Shown piece by piece: positions 26,940-38,169 of a DNA stretch of 64,000 nucleotides. Numbering within the stretch: the first letter of the stretch is position 1; every line of letters starts with the position of its first letter. Location of the stretch: positions 436,256-500,255 of the forward strand of contig NW_021832531.1 in NCBI RefSeq assembly GCF_006345805.1, in the 5' to 3' direction. The DNA comes from Octopus sinensis. Taxonomy: Eukaryota. The notes under the pieces were generated by a model. That model searched no databases and was not told the origin of the DNA. It was given only the letters and a program-made list of their open reading frames with translations. The translations under genes were made by a program, and so were the position numbers.

Positions 26940-28845
26940 TCATTTAGAAGAAAACCAATTATTCAGATTGGACTCTGTTCTTCGCCGAATACACTTGGGT
27001 CCATCATTTCTTACATTATTAACAAACTTATCAACAGGACGATTAGAAAAACGGCAGGTCCCGTTCAAACAACGCTCAAAAGCCTGTAAACATAATTTCT
27101 TCAACATTACAGCACTGTCACTATAAAGAGACACATTCAGCCAGTCCTCAGCATCCTCTGATGTCAGCAAAGCCTGATTAATGTCAGTCAAAAATACAGG
27201 CATTCGATGGTGGATTTTGTCCATGTCTGGACCTGCCTCCATAGTGATGACTGAAAACACGAATTCGTCGACAGATTGACTTCCATTGAGGACAACTCCA
27301 GCCATCAGGAGTAGTGGCCATTCTAAACAAAATAATCTCCTCAGTAAAAAAACCTTCGATGGTATCGTTTTTAACCGCCTGGTCGTAAAATAAATAAGGC
27401 ATTCTCCCCTCCGGCGTCGATTTCCATTCGTAAAAACTAACAAATGCAAAAAAGTATTCTACCCGTCAGCAACTACCACGCATCGAATTAATCCGTTAAA
27501 ACTTCCATTTTTTGAACTTATTTTTGACAATAATGTCTCCTTTCTGAAATTATTCCGTGTATTTGGATACTTTCTGTCCTCACTTGGACGATAGCCCCAA
27601 CTGAAGTTTAGTTATGTTAGACAAACTGCATCTGAGTGAGTGCACAGTCACCTTTCCGGTACTTTTGTCGAAGTGGTCGCAGTTTTTTTAGGCCTTTTAA
27701 AAAATCTAATAATTTTGAGGTGGAATATATTATATTTTATTTAAGTCGCTCTATCAATAATTTAAAATATTATTAAATTTTTACTAATTTATTTTCTAAT
27801 TTTTTTAATATTATGGCGAGCATGTACCTAATATTGATATAAACTGGCACTATAGGTCACATGGAAAATTCTGTTGTGGACTTATGCAACATCAAATTCC
27901 GACAGCTCCAATAAGTAAGGAGGATGCAGTGCATTTTCTGCAAAATGTGGATATCCTTTCAAAATCACGTATATGTCCGAAGGGACATCAGATGGAATTA
28001 GTCTTGGGACCGAAGCTCAATTGGAAATGCTCAAGAGTTGGTTGTAGAGTCCAATGTTCTATTAAAAAAGGTATAATTTCTCTCAAATAATTCTAGATAC
28101 CTGGTTAGAGAATTGTAGATTGCCATTTGAGGATGTCATCGCCTACATATACTTATGGAGTTACGATAGGCATACCTTCAAATGGCTTCATCACGAATAC
28201 AATTGGGGTGAACATACATATGTCGATGGGCTATGTTTTTACGTGAAGTCTGTGTGGACGCACTTGTTAAAAGATCTGACGGCAAAATTGGTATTATTAA
28301 TGTTTATTTCAGGTGGTCCTGGTATGATTGTGGAGGTAGACGAGAGTATGTTTTCCAAACGGAAAAACAACTCTGGAAGAGTTTTACCAAAACAGTGGGT
28401 CTTCGGTGGTATTTGTCGATTAGTTATTTTTTCAGAATTTATGTGGCGAAAACAAATACAGAACTATAAGGAATCTTTTGCACAGATTGTAAAAGACATA
28501 AATTCCTTCTACAGTCCTGGAATTTGGATGCCGCGTACTAAAAATGACTAAATTGGTTAAATAAATTTTTAAATAATTTTAATAACCATTTAAATTATTG
28601 ATAGAGGGTTATAAATTAAATAATCTATTTTTCACTAAAAAAATTAATTAATTTTAATTATCTTCTAAAAAAACTGCGACCACTTCGACAAAAGTACCGC
28701 CTGCCTTTCCTGAAAGATGAAATTTTTTGTGTTTTTAAATTCAGATTTTTATTAATTGATTCAAGTTTTTTTATTATTTCTTCGGGTGAAGAAAAACTAA
28801 ATTCATTAAAAATTTTATTTCGCACCACATAATACGGCCACACAT
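26940..28845 (-). CDS. HMCES: Abasic-site processing SRAP protein, interrupted by a Merlin transposon (functional status unclear)
   Basis: Starts MCGR (catalytic Cys2). MHWG, RCVVVADGFYEW, IHHRMPVFL, VNNVRNDGPKCI and a C-terminal PIP-like NLNNWF. The insertion at 27658-28698 lies in exon 2. Confidence 0.8.
27658..28698 (+). mobile_element. Merlin (ISXO2-like) transposon, internally deleted
   Basis: TIRs ggtacttttgtcgaagtggtcgcag. CPKGH..WKCSRVGC zinc ribbon. GGPGMIVEVDESMFSKRKNNSGR...WVFGGICR DDE start. Frameshift and deletion. Confidence 0.88.
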
Positions 28846-28886
28846 TATTTTATTAAATTTTAATTTATTATGAAATTTTTATTAAC

Positions 28887-29729
28887 ATGCTTTATTTTGT
28901 GGCGATCGGTTTTGAAACTTGGAAAAGTATATCTCTCGAAGCATTCGAGATTTTACAGCAAATAAAAATAGTTTTTTGTGAAAACACAATTAAAATAAAT
29001 TTAAAAGAACTAGTTTATACATATAATTTAACATTTTAGCAAAAAGAATCTAACTGGCAATACGTGAGAATCCGAGATTCTATTGGTTATACATCAAAAT
29101 TATTTTTAGAAGAAATATCAAAAAAAGCTCTTCATTACGATGTCGCAGTAATAGTAACAGGCGACTGGCTTTTATTGTATGATTCGTATTTTTGAAATTA
29201 AAAAGTGACAGAACGTATTCTTTACTTTGTCGTGCTTATCTCGATTATGTGAGGGACGGAACCATTCGAGTGCTTCACAATTCCTCGATTTTTTCTTCTG
29301 TCTGTTGTTCTGGATTGCCTGTACTTGTTTTTTGGCTTATTTTTGATTTATTCTTTTGGAGAGTCCATCATTGTGCCCACAAAACCTCACCCTTCTGTCA
29401 TGGAACGTCTACACTCTTCTATCCTGGCCAATTATAATCTAGGTCTCCACACTTTGTGCATTCTCGATATTGACTTTAGTCATAAATATGACGATATGAC
29501 TCATAGTATTAAAGAATTGGCAATTTTCTCCGAGAATTCAGTCATTTTTGAAGCAACGTGTTTATTGATGTCTGATATTGGCTGTGAAACTGGTGTGATA
29601 TTCCGTTCTCCGTTAGGACAGATTATTAATGTGGAATTTAAACAGAATATTCAGTGTTTTGTGGTTTGCGGGCCGTTGACGGAGGTTGATTTGAGTTTTA
29701 TTTCCGTCTCAAGTCAGCCATTACAATAA
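28887..29729 (+). CDS. DPH5: Diphthine methyl ester synthase-like, highly divergent
   Basis: MLYFVAIG, DVAVIVTGD, RVLHNSSIFSSVCCSGL, YSFGE and GLHTLCILDI align with DPH5 (MLYLIGLG, DVAFLVVGD, RVIHNASIMNAVGCCGL, YKFGE, GMHTLCLLDI). Confidence 0.72.
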
Positions 29730-29825
29730 GTGATGTTATTTTAATAATAAAGCTGTCATCTGATTATTTTTATTATTGATTTAGATGATAATTTATTATT
29801 AAAAGTATTTTGTTGTGGTGTCTTT

Positions 29826-30860
29826 ATGGACTGGTTTAAGAGAAATGAAATTTTAATTGAGATTGACGATAACCACCAGAAAAACACTCAGTTTATACAA
29901 AAAATGACTTTTAGAGAATACAACATTACAAATGGGACAGCACTAGTGGACTATTCTATTCAGGATAAAGCACAAAAGCGGTCGACAACTAAAAGATCTC
30001 AACCAAAGCAACGAGATTGGTTTAGAATCCGTCGACCAATTGTTGACCAACAGCTTCTTTCAAATTGTTACCAGGAAAACAGTTTTTTGGCATTCCAATT
30101 CATCAAGCGCCTTAAAAACTGTTTCAAACAAGAAATCGGAGACTTTTATAGACTTTTAGGACTTATTTGCGACTTTGGAAACTCCAAAATAACTCTTGAA
30201 GATCTAAAAAATCAGTTTTATGCTTTAATCAAACAAAAAGACGAAGCCGAGGCAATATATAATCATTTTATCCACATTTTCTCGTTAAAAGAATCTTTAG
30301 AACATAAACACTTTTATGAATCAATCTTTTTAGAGAAAATTAATGCCCTCGTTCGTAAAATTTGCCTGTCTAATCCTCAATTTTTACATAAACTGTCCCA
30401 AATCGATTCTCAATGTATTTTAAACACGATAAACCTTTTTGATGGAGTTACTGGAATGGAAGAACAAGTCGATCAACTCAAATTTCTTCTCGGAATGGGA
30501 GATTTGCCTACTTCGATGGGGACTGAAATCGGTTTAATGGACCTAACAGATCACGAAGATAAATGTCTTGAAAGGAACTCACTCCGTGCCCGGCTCTGGA
30601 ATGAGCCATTTGACAATTTGAATAATTTTATTCGTCCAGAAAAGCCTAAAATTGTCCCAAAATCCAGCAAAAAATGCCAGGTGAAAAAATGCACTTCTCA
30701 TAAAAATCGTCGCAATCCTCACTGTCTTGCATGCAATACTCGTGTGAGTGCGACTTGCTTATTTTTTATGTAGGTCATCAATAACCAGCTGTTTTGGGCC
30801 TGGAACGACAATACGCTGACTCCCATCAAGGCCGTCTATTCCTCTGAGTCAACAACTTAA
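29826..30860 (+). CDS. PAH-domain, Cys/His-rich protein resembling part of GON4L/Mute
   Basis: 315-aa ORF plus a short last exon after an intron at ~30744-30773. A PAH-like helical region is followed by C..C..H....HC..C.TRVINNQLF, recalled as similar to GON4L. The family call is inference. Confidence 0.45.
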
Positions 30861-30899
30861 TATATTTTTATTTTTAGTTATTAGAATAAGTAGATTAAC

Positions 30900-32073
30900 T
30901 TAGTTTTCAACCCAATCGAGGATGTCCTGTGCGAAGTAGGTTATGATTAGATCAGCCCCTTTGGCTGAGATATGTACAATGAAACCTGCTCGTCTGTAAG
31001 CTGTAAGGAACTCGAATAGGACGTCTCGTTCTTGGAGATTGCTACTCTCAGCAAATTTTTTGATCATTGTGTATTCCCCAGATGTCTGATAAGCGGCTAA
31101 ACAGTACTGAGGGTACTTGGAAATGTTTAAATAGTGATTTACTTTTGATTTTATACGATAAATATTGTCGAGATTCACCATGGCTGGTTTGATTATTAGC
31201 ATGTCGGTCCCCTCTTCAATGTCCCTTGCCTATTGGACTAAGACTATGAAATACTGCTGCTCTCAGAGCCAGTCCGGCAGACCCGGCAGGATGCTGGTAA
31301 GTTGATCTGTCAAAGTAGAGAGGAGTACTGCCAGCGGCGTCCCTAAAAATATTACAAATTATGTGCCTGAATTGGCTATATAGATTGGAGTGGTGCTTCA
31401 CTGAATAGCTCATAACAGCCACGGAAGAACGCAGATCCGCCGAAATTAAATTTTCAGAAATAACAGCGACTCGTCCATCCCTCATATCCGACGGAGCCAC
31501 GACATGACAGCCCGCTTGTGCATATGCCAGTGCAATTTCTCCCAGTCGGCGAATACTCTGAGAGTTATTAATGCTTGAATTGTTCTGTTGGTCAATGATT
31601 CCTGACCATAATTTAATAAAGCAATACCACAATGGCCATGTGATGTGTAACTGCAGACACATACGTCGCAAATCACTGCAAGTTGTGGAAAATGTTTTGT
31701 GAGTATTTGAGTCGCACGTACAACAGGGGATTCGGGACTGTCAGCATTGCTCGCCAAATTGTCTTTTTTAAGTCTTTTCAAGGCCCCAAACAACAAAACT
31801 GATTTTAATCCTTTTTGCACAAGTGGTTCAATGCGGTTTGCAATATTTTCGATTGAATAATATGTCAGAGGCGGCATGGATTTGATTGGCCCGTCATCGT
31901 GAGGCACGTCGCTGTGAACGTTACATAAAGGAATGCCTTATAAAAATGGGATATATTATATTTTCGGGACTTATTCTGGTATTGACTGTCTGCCAATCAC
32001 GGACGACACGGTTGAAATAGGAAGGAATTATGTATTTTGAGGGACTTGAATAACACCGAAAAATATTTATCAT
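30900..32073 (-). CDS. ALAD: Delta-aminolevulinic acid dehydratase (porphobilinogen synthase), Zn-dependent
   Basis: IIYPIF, DVCVCSYTSHGHCG, VVAPSDMRDGRV, MSYSVK, FRDAA, IKPA, AYQTSGEY and GADLIITYF. Two GC-AG introns. Confidence 0.93.
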
Positions 32074-32639
32074 TTAGGTACAAAAAATTCAAAAGTTTTA
32101 TATTTGTTTTAAAATAATAATATTAAATAAGATAAAAGTAAATTTAACTAAATATAAGTTTAGTTCTGTTTTTTATTAAGACTCAATTACCTTCTCATTG
32201 TTGTTCATACAGCAGTAGATATTATTGCTGTTTGAAAAGAACACGTTTCTGTCCTGGCAGTAAAGTGTTTTCGACCATGGGAAGTTATTTCTGCACTTAT
32301 TTCATAGAATTCCTCTCAATTTTGTATCAAAAAAATACCCTCAGATTCTTCTCATTTATTTTTGTCAGCAAATTCCAATTTGGGTATTTAGACAGTGTTT
32401 AGAAATTCAATTGAAGTACTTATGTTTGATAGAAGTACTTAGGAGTGGTGGAAGGACTCAAGTACTTATGTCTATGTATTTTTCAATAGTGGCTAAGTGG
32501 TTGTTCTTTTCTAATTCAGTCTGAAGAATTGCGACACTTCTACTGCAAACACCACTCTTTCTTTTTAAATCAGAAGTCAGTCTCAGAAGCATTTTATTCA
32601 CTTAAGAAAGAAAGCCGTTGTTTCACTTCACAAACTATC

Positions 32640-33490
32640 AAAATATGTCGAGCAATACCTATTTTTGTGGCAAAGTGGTTTTATTATAGCCGAAAGATCC
32701 ACTGCCGATGCAGTATGGAGGCATCGTTGGTTTGTTCGTTGTCAAAAGTATAAAGCTGTTATCCATATTATGGGAATTGACCTCAGCAAAGTGTTGGATT
32801 GCATATCAGAATAAACTCCTTAACTTGCTTATAAATATTGTTGACGAAGAAAGTGTACAAATAATTTGGCTACTTTATTAGATACTTCTCTCCGTGTAAA
32901 ACTTGAATGAAACAATACTGGAAACCTCCAAAGAGATTCACTATCTTTGATTTTATTCATTGTATACTTAGAAGCAGTTTTGAGAGAATTCAAAAACGAA
33001 ATGAATAATTTTATATCACAAAAACAATTTACGCAGAAAAACGTGAACTGCTATCTGAAGACACGGGCTACTAAACATAATCTTACATAAAACTAAACAA
33101 ATTCTTAGAAAATGGTTGTTGAACGTTAAAATCGACAAAACAGAATGTACCTCTATTAAAGAAAGACGGACTAAGAAGCTAGGAACATTACTGGAAGATA
33201 TCAAAGATATCGTTCACAGAAAAATTTTATCTGCAGTCGCCTTTAAAAGATTGATGAATATCTGGATCGTCCTGAGGATCTATCAAAATCGTCCTACGCC
33301 GGTACTTGGAGATCTATCAAAAAATCATTTATGTCGCTGGATTCTTTCCACAAAAATCAGATAAGAATTGTTGGCATATTGGCCACAAAGAGTATCTAAT
33401 GATAGTCTTTGCAAGATTTTAAGTTCGCGACCTATAGGTATTGATGTGCTGAAAAGCCGATAAAGCCTCTTTGGACACATCTTAAGAAAT
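32640..33490 (+). mobile_element. Degraded RTE retrotransposon
   Basis: ILFIVYLEAVLRE and KKLGTLL, homologous to 22757-24200; many stops. Confidence 0.65.
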
Positions 33491-33552
33491 AAATGAAAAG
33501 ACATTGTGTAATATCGTCATGGAAGTCTACTTCAAAGTACAAGTTTAGGTTA

Positions 33553-34690
33553 TCAGTTAAGTCCTGTCCGACCATTGGAGATCTCATAGACCAATTTTCT
33601 CCACCCCAATTGCTCATTCGCAATTTCAAGAAGCCTTGATAAAGGCAATCCCGTGACATATTTTACCGTTGATACCCATCGAGTCCTCGGTCGGGAGGGA
33701 ATTCTCTTCTTAGCAAAATCGCTCAGCATAATGATTCTTTCCAATTAATCTGAAAATGTCCAAGAAACGTTTGTCTGATTTTTACGATTTTTCTTCAAGC
33801 AAAATGTCCATCTGTTTGAGTACATCAATATTCGTTATCTTAGACGTAAAAGGATCCTCATTCAACTCCTCCAGAATTAAAGTTCAAAAGCATCAATTTT
33901 TAGTCCATTATCCATTTCCGCGCCGTATAGAAAAACCGGGAAAACAATTGGATTGACCAGTCTGCATTTTCTCATAAAGCAAATATCCCTGCTTTTCCAT
34001 ATATTGTTTATTGTTAGGAAAGTACTCCGTCCCATGGCAATTTGCTTCTTAATTTCCAAGCCTCCTTCACCATTCCGATTAATTAGGGATCCCAGAAAGA
34101 CAACATTATCGCAACTCTCTATTTTGTCATTTCAAATTTTTAGTTCTATTATTCCAATATTAGCAGTCGTCATAATTTTTTCTTATTGACATTTAACAGC
34201 AAACCAAAGGCACCGCTTTCTTCTCTGAATTTCAAAATCAACTCCCTGAGGCCGTCCTCTGCTTCAGCCAGTATCGTCAGAATAGCACAAATTATTGATG
34301 TTCCCGCATCCAATTTTCATTCCAACATTCGATACAGTATTCGAATTAAAACATGATCATTTCGGCATAAATATTGAATAAGATAGGATATAATAAGCAA
34401 ACTTGTCTTACCCTGTTACCAGTCGGTGTCTTCATATACTTTTCTAACAGTTGCTTCTTGGTCCTTATAAAGAGATTTGATAAACAATATCAGATAAGCA
34501 TCAAAACCAAATTCTTTTAAAGCGGACCACAGCTTGTCGTGTACAACAAAAACAAAAGCGTTCCAATGGTCAATAAAGCATTGTATACACTTTTCTGAGA
34601 TTTATGGGTTTTTTTATAATCCATCGAACATTTGCTTAATGGTCACGTGTTCCTCTTCCCTTCCTTAATCCTGCTTGAACATCTAAGTTT
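33553..34690 (-). mobile_element. Degraded RTE (BovB-like) retrotransposon
   Basis: EIKKQIAMGR, LVNPIVFPVFLYGAE, IDAFEL and RPRTRW motifs. Confidence 0.7.
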
Positions 34691-35472
34691 AATTCTTAAA
34701 TAAAATCACTAACTGATTGAACTTTTTTTGACTGTAATGTATCAGCTTGTTCAGATTATCCTAAAAATTTCATTAGTGCTTCATTTTTAGTATAGCCATA
34801 ATCAACAAATTCACTATAAGATATTTGACCGTCAATTTGAAAATTTTTGATTATTTCTTCATAATTATTTTCGTTGTTCTTGGATTTCACTGCTGATTGT
34901 GATTGTTTCGCATTTTATCCATTGAGCATGCCGGAAACAATTTTTGATGGTCGTAGGAATTACTTTATTCCAGACAAAGAATGTTAATGTCGCAATAGTT
35001 TAAGAGTTATTGCATTTTGACAATTTTCCCCTGGCTCAATCTTCTCGGTTATTTCATTTATTTTCAAATTGGGATTAAAACATTTTATAATTCCTTGATC
35101 TATTGAGGCAAAAAGAGAATTTCAATAAAGTTTAACCTGACAATAATTTGATGAGAATTTCAGATATTTTAGAAAAGTCATCCGGAGGAATGGTCGTCTT
35201 TGACTTGATACGTAGTAAACTAAATCTGTCGTAAAGGATTTTCACACATTTGAAACAACTTAACTTCCCTAAATCAAGGCTCGATTCTGTTTGTGTCAGA
35301 AACGATCATGCTTCCACAATTTTCTTATAAAGGACTTGATGTACACATAATGCTCAGTGATTTTAAACAATCATAAAAAATATAAAAAGAAATAATTTTG
35401 CTTAAAATTTTATTAAAAATTGTATTAAATAAAAAAACTAAAAATCTTCCATTATATATCACGTTTTTGATA

Positions 35473-36140
35473 ATGGCTCTTGTGGTAGTTATAAGACATC
35501 GAGTTATTCATTTATTATAGAAGGAAGAAAACCCAATGAGAGAAGTCAAGATTGCCAAGCTCTGTCTTAATATTTCTGTTGGTCAGTCTGGGGATAGATT
35601 GACGAGAGCGGCCAAAGTAATGGAACAACTGACTGGCCAAAGACCTCGCTTTTCAAAAGGTCTGTTTCATATTCTCATTATTCCAAACAGCCAAAATAAC
35701 AATCCGTAAGTTTGGTATTCGCAGAAATGAGACAATCGCCTGTTCTACCACAGTTCGTGGTCCAAAAGCAGAACAGATCCTCGAATCTGGTCTCAAAGTC
35801 AAGGAATATGAATTATACAAAAAGTGTTTTGCTCAAGACGGAAGCTTCGGATTTGGAATCGAAGAGCATATTGATTTGGGGGTAAAATATGATCCCAACA
35901 TTGGCATTTACGGAATGGATTTTTGTGTTGTTTTGGAGAGGAAAGGTAGTTTAAATAATTTACTAATCATTATTTAGGGTATCGAGTGAAGAGGAGGAGG
36001 CGTGGTTGTGCCAGAGTTGGTGCTAGTCATCGTGTGTCTAAGGAAGACGCGATGAAATGGTTTAAACAGAAGGTCCCCCGTTTTGATTATTTTTTCCATA
36101 GTTCGACGGTCATGTAATTCCTAAGAAGAGGAAAAATTAA
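35473..36140 (+). CDS. RPL11: 60S ribosomal protein L11 (uL5)
   Basis: Absent from the ORF track. Four mini-introns give [44 protein letters not shown]...FGIRRNE...[26 protein letters not shown]...WFKQKFDG. Confidence 0.96.
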
Positions 36141-38169
36141 CTTATTTTTCTGTTTTTTGACGGTTCAATCAATATCTTTTTGCGGGCTTTTGCGAAATAC
36201 CTGGCTTAATTTAATTTTCAACTATTTATCCAGAGTTAGTAAGACAGTTCAACCCATATGGTTCCATTTTTTTGCTAAGGAATGTTTCAAAAAAGCTGAT
36301 GTTATAATTTAGACATTTTTTATTATTTATTGTCACAACATTTCTAAATCGTTAACTCTGTTTGATTTCACGTCATAATAATTATGACCTAGTTTTCATT
36401 ATTATAGCAAATCTGCAAAAAATGTATTCTATTCAACTTTCTTAATTTCCAATAAAGATAGATAGGATAAAAACTTTTCAATCTTTGGTTTGATAGTGCC
36501 GTGTAATCAATGTTAGTCTAAACTGTTCAAAGATGCTTTGAATATCTTCTTGTCATATTTAAATAATCCTTTCAATGACTCAGAAAGACTTCTGGTGTAA
36601 TAGCAATTTTATTGCTATCAAACTCAAATTTTTTTCATACGTCAAGTCAATGAAAATAGCATGAGAAAATTTTTGTAGCTGTGATAATTTCTCTTTTGTT
36701 TGAAATGATAAAGATAATAAATAACCATCTTCTGTCTTTTAAATGTGATATATATCACCATTGTTTTTGCTGTCATTTGCCTAATCCTTCATTGTTTGAA
36801 TCTGTATCTTATACTTTCATATAAAAACTCGGTGTTTTTACCGAATCCTTGTTCCCTCTTTCGGATGTCAGAACGAATACATTTGTTGTCTTTTGTAATT
36901 TCTAATTGGCTAACGAAAAGCTAGAGAATGTATCACTTTGTGCCATATTCATTCCCCAAACATGACCATTGTTTTAGCTTTTAATTAACGCGTCCGATCT
37001 ACTCTTCGAGACAAAGTTAATTTCTTTGATGAGCACACGCATTTATCTCACAGGATTGATTTCACTTGGAAAAGCTTCCTCAATTATTACATTTAAGTCT
37101 TTTGGTATTCTTCCGGCGGGATCATTCCGGACTTATGTTTTCCACGCAAATGAAATTATCAAAATAAAGACTGTCATTGGAAAGACAGAACTCTACTCAG
37201 TTTATTTTTCTTTTGAATGAATGCTTTACACAATTCAACGGAATCGTCAAAAATCAACGAATTTTCAACATTGTACACTTGAGCGTTTTGAACAGGAGGA
37301 CAACCTCCTTGAATTTACTATACTTCTCAACACTCGACATTACAATAGAATACAGCCAACACCTAAATCTGTTTCGTTTCTACTGGTTTTTTAATAATCT
37401 CAGAATAGTCATGAAACTCACTTCGAAATGAAATTCCAGGAAAAGATTAATCATGGCTGGTCATTCTATACATATTACTCGTCATGGTAGTCTATCAAAA
37501 TGTTAATACTCATTTCAAAGAAGACCAATATCTTTCTGGGCCGCCTTGACTACTTTCTTACGTCGGCATAGTACTTAGATTAGCTCGAATTTTCCTCTTC
37601 AATTTGTGTCTGTCTCCGTGTGAAGAAATGGTTACACATTGGCGAGTTCAAAAGACGAATGAATAAGCCAAAAGGGAAGTAGAGAGTTCATTTTTAGTGA
37701 TTACTCATAAAGAATATTTTCAGGTTTGTCTATTTCCTCACGTTGAAAGTCCATCTGCGTAAACAACTCATATATCTCGTTTGTCCTTCTTGATGGCTTC
37801 ATCGTCGTGGACAGAATCAGGGTTTTGATTCGGAAATTGCTTTCTTTGTTTCTTTGATTGGAAGTTGACTTTTGGTGAAACATTCCAGCACAAATGACAG
37901 AATCAGAATCTACCGAATTGACAGTGACTAGACCATGTACTGTGATTTGTTTGAACTGTCTAATTCAATGTACTTGCTTGCAAGTCTTGGTGAGAGTTCC
38001 AATCAGAGTGAAATATTATGAGTCTGTCTGCAGTTTGTACGTTTAGTCATATTCTACCAGCCCAAGTACTCAAAAGTAATATAAACGGATCAAGTTAAGG
38101 GTTCGTTGGGGAACTCCCCCTTAAAGCTTTGATTATTAATACTCTTTTCGAAAAAACAAAAAGTAATTT

